Translations under genes and position numbers: made by a program
The notes under the pieces: generated by a model
The model's database searches: none
Told to the model about the DNA's origin: nothing
What the model saw: only the letters and a program-made list of their open reading frames with translations
Part shown: positions 1-8,363 of the stretch, piece by piece
Position numbering within the stretch: the first letter of the stretch is position 1
Layout: the number at the start of each line of letters is the position of its first letter
Assembly (NCBI GenBank): GCA_964576835.1
Contig: CAZNXK010000003.1
Coordinates: 2,044-66,043 of the forward strand
Length of the DNA stretch: 64,000 bases
DNA from: an uncultured Treponemataceae bacterium
GTDB taxonomy: Bacteria; Spirochaetota; Spirochaetia; Treponematales; UBA12059
Direction: 5' to 3'

Positions 1-140
1 GAGATTAGTCATCATGGATCTGGAGTATAGATGGTTTTATCGATAAGTCAAGAGTCGGAGTGCATTTTTAATTAATCAATAAATACTGATTCCATAAATA
101 TATATAACAAATATAATAATTCCGATTATTTTTTCGATGC

Positions 141-169
141 TTGCGAAATGGCAGGCAATTGCGTATCAT
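141..169 (+). promoter_or_regulatory. Candidate sigma70-type promoter of the CBS-domain gene (TTGCGA-N17-TATCAT)
   Basis: TTGCGA at 141-146, a 17-nt spacer and TATCAT at 164-169. AGGAGG at 182-187 and ATG at 196 follow. It lies at the edge of an AT-rich stretch (1-140). Confidence 0.4.
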
Positions 170-195
170 TGTAATTGACCCAGGAGGTATCAACA

Positions 196-654
196 ATGGA
201 AACAGTACAGAGCATCCTCGCGAGCAAGGGAAGGGAAGTCGTCAGCGTTGGGCCCGAGGCTACCATAATAGAAGCGCTGGAAATCATGGCCGAGCACAAT
301 ATCGGCGCCATCCTCGTCATGGACGAGAAAGGCGAAGTGGCAGGCATATTTTCCGAAAGGGATTTCGCACGGAAGATAATCATCAAGGGACGCAGCTGTG
401 ATGAAACCAGAGTCAAGGAAATCATGACGACCAAGATAACCTGGGCCGAACCGAAATCGTCCATCGCCGATTGCATGAATTTGATGACCACCAACAAGTT
501 CCGTCATCTTCCCATCAAGGAAAATGGCAAGGTCGTGGGCGTCATATCGATAGGAGACGTGGTCAAGGCGCTCATCAAGGACCAGGAAAAGGTCATAGCG
601 CAACAGTCCTTTGAAATTGGACAGAACGAGCGGCTGGCTTCTGGCGCTGTCTAG
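196..654 (+). CDS. CBS-domain pair protein
   Basis: ORF 175..654. The likely start is ATG 196, 8 nt after AGGAGG. Two CBS-type repeats are visible (IMAEHNIGAILVMDEKGEVAGIFSERD and LMTTNKFRHLPIKENGKVVGVISIGD). Confidence 0.85.
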   Translation: METVQSILASKGREVVSVGPEATIIEALEIMAEHNIGAILVMDEKGEVAGIFSERDFARKIIIKGRSCDETRVKEIMTTKITWAEPKSSIADCMNLMTTNKFRHLPIKENGKVVGVISIGDVVKALIKDQEKVIAQQSFEIGQNERLASGAV

Positions 655-672
655 CAGCCACAAAGCGATGAG

Positions 673-711
673 GCGGCCAGCCTCGGGGATGCTGGCTGCA
701 TTGCATTTTTA
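673..711 (+). terminator. Probable intrinsic terminator after the CBS gene
   Basis: GCGGCCAGC (673-681) pairs with GCTGGCTGC (691-699) with one mismatch and a 9-nt loop. The T-rich tail ATTGCATTTTT follows. Confidence 0.45.
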
Positions 712-814
712 CTCGATGTGAAGGGTCTTCATTATCGAGAGCAGAAAGCGTTTTTCCGGTATATACTGTCTGAAACAGCGGCCTTGATGCCGCCGATCAT
801 GAAACCGGAGAACC

Positions 815-2764
815 ATGATGGACAGCCACACCGTACTCGCCATGCTCGACAAGGCAGCCGTAACATACGCCGACGAGCCGTATTCGCTCAGAAAAACCGA
901 TTCTGGATGGGAAGCGGTGACGTATTCCCAGACAAGATCCCGCGCGCGGGCTTTCGGCGCCTGGCTCCTGGGGCGCGGTTACAGGAAGGGTGACACCGCC
1001 GCGATCCTCGCGGAAGGTTCCCCTGAATGGATCATCGGCGAGCTGGGGCTTCTGTCCGCGGGCCTGGTTTCAGTACCCCTTTCCATAAAGCTCCTCGCGG
1101 ACGAGATACCGTTCAGGGTGGAACATTCGGGAGCCGTGGCCTTCCTGACGACCAGGAACCAGCTGGACAAGGTGTTCTCGGCGCTCATGAGCGCGTCGCT
1201 CAAGCCTCTGGTCGTGCTGCTCGATGACGACGAGCCGGGACTCTCGGCCGCCTGCGCGGCGGTCGGCTATCCCCGCGGCAAAGCGGTGCTCCTGCGCGAC
1301 GCACTGTCCGAAGGCGCTGCCGCAATCGCCGCTCCCGGGTCCAGCCGCGGTACAGAACTCGACGCGATGGCCGCCTCCGTAAGCGACGACGACGTGGTGA
1401 CCATCAGCTACACGAGCGGTACCACGGGCGACCCCAAGGGAATCATGCTTACACACCGCAACTACTACGTCAACTGCCACGATGGCGTGGAGTTGTTCGG
1501 CGACATATACCATTATTCGACGCTCATCATACTGCCGCTCGACCATTCATTCGCGCACACCGTCGGCATCTACGCCGGCTTAGTCTGCGGCCTGGCCCTC
1601 TACTTCGTCGACGCGCGCGGGGGCGGCATGGGAATCCTCCGCAACATTCCCATCAACCTGCGCGAGGCCGAGCCGAAATTCCTTTTGACGGTGCCTGCCC
1701 TGTCTGGAAACTTCATGAAGAAGATAATCGCCGGCGTCGAGGAGAAGGGCGGCTTCATAGAGCGGCTGTTCAAGGCCGGCATACGGGCGGGCGTCGAACT
1801 TAACGGCGACGGATTCCACAAGGCCGGCCCAGGCAGGATGCTACGCTACGGACCTGTCCACGCCCTTGCCAAGACCCTCATCTTCGACAAGGTCAGGACC
1901 ATGGTGTTCGGCAGGAACATCGAGTTCTGCGTCGGCGGCGGGGCCCTCCTCGACGTCAAGCAGCAAGAGTTCTTCGCGTCGTTCGGCGTGCCCATTTTCC
2001 AGGGCTATGGACTGACCGAGGCCGCCCCGATCATAAGCTCCAACTCGCCGTTGTCGTACAAGTTCGGCACCTCCGGCCGCGTCGCTGCTTCGGTGGAATG
2101 CACGATTCGGAAACCCGACGGGTCGATATGCCCGACCGGTACGACCGGGGAGATAGTCATTCGCGGCGGCAACGTGATGAAGGGCTACTACCGCAACCCC
2201 GAGGCGTCAGCCAGGGCCCTGCGCGACGGCTGGCTGTGGACCGGCGACCTCGCGTACATGGACGGGGACGGATTCCTCGTCGTCGTAGGCAGGGAGAAGG
2301 CCTTGCTCATCGCGGAGGACGGCGAGAAGTACAGCCCCGAGGAGATCGAGGAAGCTGTGGGCTGCTCGACCGACGCCTTCAGCGCCATCATGGCCTGGAA
2401 CGAGCAGCGTAAATACACGGTTGCCCTGGTGACCCTCGACGATGACAAGGTAAAGAAGCTCGCCTCCGCGAGGGGCGCCGCGACTCCGGAGGAGGTTCTC
2501 GCCCTGCTGCGCGAGGAATTCTACCGCTTCAGGACCGACCACAAGGCCAAGAAAGTCCAGCCTGCCTGGATCCCCGCCACCTTCATGATAGTGCCCGGAC
2601 AATTCTCCGAGAAAGACGGTACCATCAACTCGACGATGAAGCTGGTCCGCCACCGCGTTACGACGGTTTACCGTGATTTGCTGGACTATGCGTACAGCCA
2701 CGATGGCGAAAAGCCCGAGAACGAACGAAATCTCGAAGTCGTCGCCGCGATGCTTGCGAAGTAA
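815..2764 (+). CDS. Long-chain fatty acid-CoA ligase (AMP-dependent synthetase/ligase family)
   Basis: 649-aa ORF with the AMP-binding signature YTSGTTGDPKGIMLTHRN, then GYGLTE and the WLWTGDLAYMDGDGFLVVVGREK motif typical of acyl-CoA synthetases. Confidence 0.9.
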   Translation: MMDSHTVLAMLDKAAVTYADEPYSLRKTDSGWEAVTYSQTRSRARAFGAWLLGRGYRKGDTAAILAEGSPEWIIGELGLLSAGLVSVPLSIKLLADEIPFRVEHSGAVAFLTTRNQLDKVFSALMSASLKPLVVLLDDDEPGLSAACAAVGYPRGKAVLLRDALSEGAAAIAAPGSSRGTELDAMAASVSDDDVVTISYTSGTTGDPKGIMLTHRNYYVNCHDGVELFGDIYHYSTLIILPLDHSFAHTVGIYAGLVCGLALYFVDARGGGMGILRNIPINLREAEPKFLLTVPALSGNFMKKIIAGVEEKGGFIERLFKAGIRAGVELNGDGFHKAGPGRMLRYGPVHALAKTLIFDKVRTMVFGRNIEFCVGGGALLDVKQQEFFASFGVPIFQGYGLTEAAPIISSNSPLSYKFGTSGRVAASVECTIRKPDGSICPTGTTGEIVIRGGNVMKGYYRNPEASARALRDGWLWTGDLAYMDGDGFLVVVGREKALLIAEDGEKYSPEEIEEAVGCSTDAFSAIMAWNEQRKYTVALVTLDDDKVKKLASARGAATPEEVLALLREEFYRFRTDHKAKKVQPAWIPATFMIVPGQFSEKDGTINSTMKLVRHRVTTVYRDLLDYAYSHDGEKPENERNLEVVAAMLAK

Positions 2765-2768
2765 AGGT

Positions 2769-3560
2769 TCAGTCCGTCGTCATCTCGGTCAGCTGGCTCC
2801 AGTATTTCTTCGGCACGTGCGACATCTGCAGCCGCGGGTTGCGCCGCGGCTCTATGGCTATGGTCCTGAAGTAGAGCCGCCACAACCCGCGGATCTCCAG
2901 TTCGCGCGGCGATAGGGCTGAATAGGGATCCGGCATTCCACCCGCCTGCCCGCCTGCCGCATCGAGGCGGAAGCCCTCGACCAGGCAGCAGGGACGGCCA
3001 GGCTCGTGGATGATGGCCTGGCCACGCGCCAGGTCGTGTATGGCGAAGCGCATCGACTGAAAGCGGGCGGAGAAGTGCTCGGCTATCAGCGGCAGCACGT
3101 CGCAGGTCGGCTCGAGCGGGGCGTACCATGAGCCGTCAGACAGCTCCGAGAAGCGCACGAGGCCGCAGATCTTGTGGCCTTCCTGCCTGGCCTTGAGCGC
3201 TGCTTTCTCGACCGCGAGCACGTCGCCGTCCGCCAGGTCGTCGAGGGCCCTGGCGCCTTCGTTCCAGAGCCTGCGCACTACCGCGGCAAGCATGGCGTCC
3301 GTGCCGGCTGTTCCCGAAAGAAAGGCCTCCAGCACGGTGCGCATCGCCTGCGGCCCGGCCCGCTTCGACAGCCTGTCCCACAGTGCGGCTGCCCGCTCGT
3401 CGTCCCGCGTCGCTTCGAATCGCTCCTCGAACAGGGTTGGCGCCACGCAGGCGCCCAGAACGCGGGGAGCGGGCACTCTGGCGTTGAGCGCCTCGGCACA
3501 GGCGCAGAGGAATCCAGGGAAACTTCCATCGTACGCTACTGTACTCTCAGCTTCATGCAT
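2769..3560 (-). CDS. TIGR03915-like putative DNA metabolism/repair protein (partner of the radical-SAM protein)
   Basis: 263 aa. The N-terminal YDGSFPGFLCA and C-terminal LWRLYFRTIAIEPRRNPRLQMSHVPKKYWSQLTE motifs match my memory of this family. It lies directly downstream of the cognate radical-SAM gene. Confidence 0.75.
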   Translation of the reverse strand: MHEAESTVAYDGSFPGFLCACAEALNARVPAPRVLGACVAPTLFEERFEATRDDERAAALWDRLSKRAGPQAMRTVLEAFLSGTAGTDAMLAAVVRRLWNEGARALDDLADGDVLAVEKAALKARQEGHKICGLVRFSELSDGSWYAPLEPTCDVLPLIAEHFSARFQSMRFAIHDLARGQAIIHEPGRPCCLVEGFRLDAAGGQAGGMPDPYSALSPRELEIRGLWRLYFRTIAIEPRRNPRLQMSHVPKKYWSQLTEMTTD

Positions 3561-3586
3561 GCTTCACCGCCGAGTATAGGGAATTT

Positions 3587-3689
3587 GAACCACAGAGACA
3601 CCGGGAATCTGGAACGCGATCAGAAAAGTTATATTCGTTTTTTTCATTGCTCTCTCTCTTGAACTCCGTGTCGCAGTGTCTCCGTGGTC
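3587..3689. repeat. Degenerate copy of the CACGGAGN palindromic repeat family
   Basis: Left arm GAACCACAGAGACACCGGG (3587-3605). Right arm CTCCGTGTCGCAGTGTCTCCGTGGTC (3664-3689). The AT-richer core shares TTGCTCTCTCTT-like sequence with the 41855 copy. Confidence 0.6.
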
Positions 3690-3696
3690 TGACTTT

Positions 3697-5100
3697 TTAT
3701 TCAGTCATATTCCAGTCGAATTCGAGTTGAGCGCTGCGCAGTTTGTCTCGGGCTCCGTCTATGAGGGCGGCGCGGGCACAGGAGGCATCGGGATTTGCCG
3801 ACTTCATCGAACTCCAGGGCCTCGGGACTTTCCCCGAGCAGGTGACGAAAAAGGCCGCTCGCTTCATCACCACGCCGAGCGTCCGCAGCGCTTCGGGTTT
3901 CAGGCGGGAAGCGGACCGGGCGCGTAGTATACGCGCCGCCGAGCGCGGGCCGATGCCGGGCACACGGAGCAGTTCCAGGTACTCTGCCCTGTTCACGTCG
4001 ACGGGAAAGCGGTCGAGGTTGCGCAGCGCCCATGCGCATTTGGGGTCAAGGTCGGCGTCGAGGAAGGGGTGGTCGGCCGAGAGTATCTCGTCGGCCCTGA
4101 AGCCATAGAAGCGGAACAGCCAGTCGGCCTGGTACAATCGGTGTTCGCGGAGCAGCGGAGGGCCGGGGAGGGCGGGGACCCGAGGGTCGGAACCGGTGGG
4201 TACGAAGGCGGAGTAGTACACCCGGCGGACGTCGTACGCCAGGTACAGGTTTTCGGCAAGTCCGAGGATTGTCGCGTCCGATTCCGGGCTTGCGCCGACG
4301 ACGAGCTGGGTGCTCTGGCCCGCGGGCAAAACAGTCGCTTCAGGATTCCTGCGGCGGTCCTTTCGCGCCGCCATTACCGACGGACGGACGGTCACGGCTG
4401 GTCGCGCCTCGTAGACAGGCGATTGCTCGGCGGCAGCGCCGTAGACCGCGGGGAGATTACCGGAGCTTGCCGGCCCCGCGGGCGGAAGCAGGCGCCTGGG
4501 TTCGAAGCCACCGGCTCGCGCGAGGGTGCGCATCACCGAAAATATTGCGCGGGGGCTTTTATCGGGTGCCACGGAACCGAGGCTGTCGGCGCTCGGCAGC
4601 TCGATGTTCACCGATACGCGGTCCGCCCAGCGGGCTGCCTCGGTGACGAGCTCTGGCGAAGCGCCGGGGATGGCCTTGAGGTGGAGGTAGCCGTTCCAGC
4701 GTTCGCGCAAGCGGAGCGTCCGCGCGACCGATATCAGCCGCTCCATCGTCGTATCCGGACAGCCGGTGACGCCTGAAGACAAGAAGGCGCCTTCGATGTA
4801 GTTGCGCTTGTAGAAGTCGATGACGAGGCGGACGAGTTCCTCGGGCTCGAAACCCGCCCGGCTCACATCGTTGGAGCGGCGGTTGACGCAATAGGCGCAG
4901 TCCCATGCGCAGGCGTTTGACAGCAGCACCTTGAGAAGCGACACGCAGCGGCCGTCAGCTGCCCAGGTATGGCATATGCCGCCGACCGCGCCATTGCCCA
5001 GCCCGCCGGGTACCGCCGGCCGCGCGCTTCCCGACGATGAACACGACGCGTCGTACTTGGCGGCATCGGACAGAATCTCGAGCTTCCGTATAGTATCCAC
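3697..5100 (-). CDS. Putative DNA modification/repair radical SAM protein (TIGR03916-like)
   Basis: 467 aa with a GTG start 5 nt after AAGAGG. It carries the CxxxCxxC cluster motif (CAWDCAYC), the N-terminal LSDAAKYDASC motif and a C-terminal helix-hairpin-helix (LLRVPGIGPRSAARIL). Confidence 0.85.
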   Translation of the reverse strand: MDTIRKLEILSDAAKYDASCSSSGSARPAVPGGLGNGAVGGICHTWAADGRCVSLLKVLLSNACAWDCAYCVNRRSNDVSRAGFEPEELVRLVIDFYKRNYIEGAFLSSGVTGCPDTTMERLISVARTLRLRERWNGYLHLKAIPGASPELVTEAARWADRVSVNIELPSADSLGSVAPDKSPRAIFSVMRTLARAGGFEPRRLLPPAGPASSGNLPAVYGAAAEQSPVYEARPAVTVRPSVMAARKDRRRNPEATVLPAGQSTQLVVGASPESDATILGLAENLYLAYDVRRVYYSAFVPTGSDPRVPALPGPPLLREHRLYQADWLFRFYGFRADEILSADHPFLDADLDPKCAWALRNLDRFPVDVNRAEYLELLRVPGIGPRSAARILRARSASRLKPEALRTLGVVMKRAAFFVTCSGKVPRPWSSMKSANPDASCARAALIDGARDKLRSAQLEFDWNMTE

Positions 5101-5163
5101 GTCGACCTCTTGATCGATGCTACTATACGGGCGTTAAGCGGTCAAGCCTGAATGGCCTGGTTT

Positions 5164-6726
5164 TCAGTTCGATCCAAGCGTTTGACTGTACTTTGCGAAA
5201 TCGGCAGCGGGCATGCCCATGGAAGGCAGGGCGTGCAGCAATCGACCTTCTACTATCCTGGCGATGTGGGAGGCTATTGCGCTGAAGGCGAAGAAGCCCA
5301 GATCAGCCCAGGCGTACGGCACGCGGATACGGTAACGGTCGGCATCCTTGTGTATCGTCTCGTAGCGGAAATCCTTGGGAAACAGGACGAGGTCCTGGGC
5401 GCGGCCTTCCATCAGCCTGTCCGTCGCGTGCGCGGTGATGCGTTCGCGAAGCATGCGGTATTGTCTGGCCTCGCTGGGCTTGAGCAGTCCCCCTTCGAGG
5501 ACCATGGCGTCGAAGTCGTTTCGGAAGCTGTCGCCCCCTATCTCCACGAGGCGCCCGAAACGCGTTCCCGACATCCAGGAATAGTCCACCAGAAAACCGT
5601 ACGCGCCTATCCGGGTCTGGATCAAGCCCTGGAGATGAAGCATGAGCTTGTGCGCGTTGCGCAGATACCTGAAGTCGGGATCCACGCCGTCCTGTTTCTT
5701 CGGAGCGTCGAAGCCGATGGCTTCGAGGCTGTGGCCATGGGTGCGCATGGCGCAGACATAGTCGTACGCGCGGTTCACGAAGTATTTCATTGAGAAGAAC
5801 CATTCAGGCGGCGAGACGAAGAGTCCCAGGGGGTACAGCTTGCGGTAGAATACCCCGAAAGACCTGCTGCCTATGACGGTCCGGACCTTGACGCGGTCGC
5901 AGGTTCCGTCGAGTCCGATTGAAAGCGGCGTCGCATCGCTGCGTATCTTGGCGAAGGTCGCGTGCTCGCTGCCGAGGCCGAGGAAGTGCTCGAAGAGCAC
6001 CGCGTCAGGAAGGCAGCGCACGGGGGAGAAGACGCGTTCCCGTATTTCCGGGTGGTCCTTGAGTACGCGGATGCTGCGTTCGTTCGTACGGTAGAAAAGG
6101 GCGGCTTCGAAGCGCCGTCTCTCGTCCTTGTCGCGCAGCGCTCCCAGCACCGTCGCTTCCCGCTGCAGCGTGTACTGCGGGTGCAGCTCGAGCACGATGC
6201 CAAAACGCCGGTGCAGCTCTCCCTGCAGGTCCGCAAGGCCGCTTGAGAGCCCCGCCACATCCTTCTCCGACAGGTTGTCTTCGACGATTATGTTGAGGTC
6301 TATGTCGGTGGCGTGCTGCGCGCCCAGATCGTTATAGGTCGAGAACAGCCGGCCGAGGCCGAATACGAAGATCTTGTCCACGATCCGCCGCTCCATGCCT
6401 CCGAGGAAGATGCGCCGTATCCAGTTTTCCACGGCGAACCTGTTGAGATCCTTGCGGGGGTACAGATAGTCGTCTTCCACCGATGCTGGATCGAGACGAT
6501 GGAAAGCGACATCACTGATGGTGCGGTTGCGCTTGACGAAGGCCTTCTCGATGATGGCCGACAGCTCGTCCCGGCTGGCTCCGCCGGAACTGCGGGCATC
6601 GAGATCGTTTTCAAGCTCGTGGTACGACCTGTCGCGGTAATTCTGGGTGTTGACTTGACGTGCTGACATTGATGCGGAACCCCCGGAACCAGGATGAAGA
6701 ACGCAGTCTGCCTTTTTTCCCGGCAA
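5164..6726 (-). CDS. Uncharacterised protein with a GlnE/GlnD-like (pol-beta fold) nucleotidyltransferase motif
   Basis: 520-codon ORF with strong GC3 bias. The motif FGLGRLFSTYNDLGAQHATDIDLNIIVED (nt ~6277-6360) fits G-x-G...D-x-D of minimal nucleotidyltransferases. I recognise no other domain. The real start may be ATG 6669 rather than TTG 6726. Confidence 0.6.
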   Translation of the reverse strand: MPGKKADCVLHPGSGGSASMSARQVNTQNYRDRSYHELENDLDARSSGGASRDELSAIIEKAFVKRNRTISDVAFHRLDPASVEDDYLYPRKDLNRFAVENWIRRIFLGGMERRIVDKIFVFGLGRLFSTYNDLGAQHATDIDLNIIVEDNLSEKDVAGLSSGLADLQGELHRRFGIVLELHPQYTLQREATVLGALRDKDERRRFEAALFYRTNERSIRVLKDHPEIRERVFSPVRCLPDAVLFEHFLGLGSEHATFAKIRSDATPLSIGLDGTCDRVKVRTVIGSRSFGVFYRKLYPLGLFVSPPEWFFSMKYFVNRAYDYVCAMRTHGHSLEAIGFDAPKKQDGVDPDFRYLRNAHKLMLHLQGLIQTRIGAYGFLVDYSWMSGTRFGRLVEIGGDSFRNDFDAMVLEGGLLKPSEARQYRMLRERITAHATDRLMEGRAQDLVLFPKDFRYETIHKDADRYRIRVPYAWADLGFFAFSAIASHIARIVEGRLLHALPSMGMPAADFAKYSQTLGSN

Positions 6727-7042
6727 CGGTCAAGAAGGTACTTGACGTTTGCGAGCGATTGCTGTTACGGTCCAGAGTAACAAGCTCGATGGAGGATGTA
6801 CCATGCAATCGGTACCTGTAATGGCTTCGCCGCAAGGCGTGTGTTGTAGTCCAATCGTTTCATTCACCACCGCTATCATCTCTCCCCGCCTCCGTCTACG
6901 CCTTCGTCGTCGCTGATCCACCGACACCCCCCCGCATCCATGATTTTGTGATCGGTCCCTTTCGGGTCTCGATTCGTCATTGTTTTATCGTGCGTTCCGC
7001 GCCAAAGGCGTGGACCATCAGCATTCCCGCGAGGAGATAGAC

Positions 7043-8362
7043 ATGAAGAAGATAGCGCTGGCATATTCAGGCGGACTCGATACCACCGTCATTGTTCCGT
7101 GGCTCAAGGAAAACTACGACTGCGAAGTCATAGCCGTCTGCGGCGACGTGGGACAGGCTTGCGACTGGGGCAGCCTCGAGAAGAAGGCCCTGTCGTCCGG
7201 AGCGATGAAGCTGATTGTAGCCGACCTCAAGAAGCAGTTCGTCGAGGAGACGCTGTGGTCGCTTGTCAAGGCGGGTGCGCTTTACGAAGGCGTGTACCTG
7301 CTCGGCACAGCGGCGGCCAGGCCAGTGATAGCGAGGAGCCTGGCGAGGATCGCGCTGGCCGAGGGTTGCACCGCGGTAGCCCACGGCTGCACCGGCAAGG
7401 GAAATGACCAGGTGCGCTTCGAAATGGGCATCAAGGCATTCGCTCCCGAGCTCGAGGTGCTGGCGCCGTGGCGGATATGGGACATCGCCAGCAGGGAGGA
7501 GGAAGTGGCGTATCTCCAGGCACGCGGCATCCCGGTGCCGTTCAGGAGCGGTGATTCGTACAGCCGCGACGACAACCTCTGGCATGTGAGCCACGAGGGG
7601 CTCGACCTGGAAAATCCCTCCAACGAGCCCAGGCTCGAGGGTATGCTCAAGATGTGCGTACCGCCCGAGCAGGCTCCCGATACGCCTGAATACGTGGAGC
7701 TTGGCTTCGAGAACGGCATCCCCGTCTCGGTCAACGGCATGAAGATGGACGGCGTCTCGCTTATCGGCTGGCTCAACGAGACTGGCGGCAGGCACGGGAT
7801 AGGAATTGTCGACATGGTCGAGAACCGCGTCGTCGGCATGAAGAGCCGCGGCGTGTACGAGACGCCGGCTGGATCGATCATCATGGAGGCGCACCGGAAA
7901 CTCGAGCAGCTGTGCCTTGACAGGAAGTCGATGTCGTTCAAGTTGACGGTCGCACAGCGCTACGCCGAACTCCTGTACGAGGGCGAGTGGTTCTCTCCCT
8001 TGATGGAGGCAGTCAACGCCTTCGTCGATTCCACGCAGTCCACCGTCACCGGAACGGTCACACTCAAGCTGTGGAAGGGCCAGCTCGCGAACGCCGGAGC
8101 AAGCTCGCCGTACTCGCTCTACGACAATTCGCTCGCAAGTTTCGCTACCGGCCCGCTGTTCGATCACCGGGACGCCACCGGATTCCTGAACCTGTACTCG
8201 CTTCCTGTCAAGGCTCGTGGTATCATGATGGCGAGACATGCTTCCGGAACGGCTTCCGCAGGTACGGGGCAAGCCAAGTCCACGAAAACCGAGGAGCCCA
8301 AGTATGCGCATGGCTCGGGAGGCTCCAGCCTCTCCTCGCCAAAAACCGCGGCGGCCTACTGA
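7043..8362 (+). CDS. argG: Argininosuccinate synthase
   Basis: MKKIALAYSGGLDTTV (N-type ATP pyrophosphatase SGGLDT loop) with GAGGAG 6 nt upstream. Homology runs the full length and is followed by a ~45-aa low-complexity C-terminal tail. Confidence 0.93.
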   Translation: MKKIALAYSGGLDTTVIVPWLKENYDCEVIAVCGDVGQACDWGSLEKKALSSGAMKLIVADLKKQFVEETLWSLVKAGALYEGVYLLGTAAARPVIARSLARIALAEGCTAVAHGCTGKGNDQVRFEMGIKAFAPELEVLAPWRIWDIASREEEVAYLQARGIPVPFRSGDSYSRDDNLWHVSHEGLDLENPSNEPRLEGMLKMCVPPEQAPDTPEYVELGFENGIPVSVNGMKMDGVSLIGWLNETGGRHGIGIVDMVENRVVGMKSRGVYETPAGSIIMEAHRKLEQLCLDRKSMSFKLTVAQRYAELLYEGEWFSPLMEAVNAFVDSTQSTVTGTVTLKLWKGQLANAGASSPYSLYDNSLASFATGPLFDHRDATGFLNLYSLPVKARGIMMARHASGTASAGTGQAKSTKTEEPKYAHGSGGSSLSSPKTAAAY

Positions 8363-8363
8363 G

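Noticed and set aside
6730-6927. 65-codon minus-strand ORF with nine consecutive arginine codons (QRRRRRRRRRGE), ending 3 nt before the nucleotidyltransferase ORF and lying in the arg promoter region. This is tempting as an arginine-sensing leader peptide.
   Set aside because: It has a GTG start without a ribosome-binding site, and third-position GC is only about half, far below that of real genes here. It is on the opposite strand to argG. The Arg run derives from a CGTCGTCG/CCTCCG-type simple sequence. It is most likely fortuitous.
8238-8363. Upstream extension of argH (MLPERLPQVRGKPSPRKPRSPSMRMAREAPASPRQKPRRPTE).
   Set aside because: It is basic low-complexity sequence overlapping the argG 3' end. 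ArgH homology starts at ATG 8364, immediately after the argG stop.
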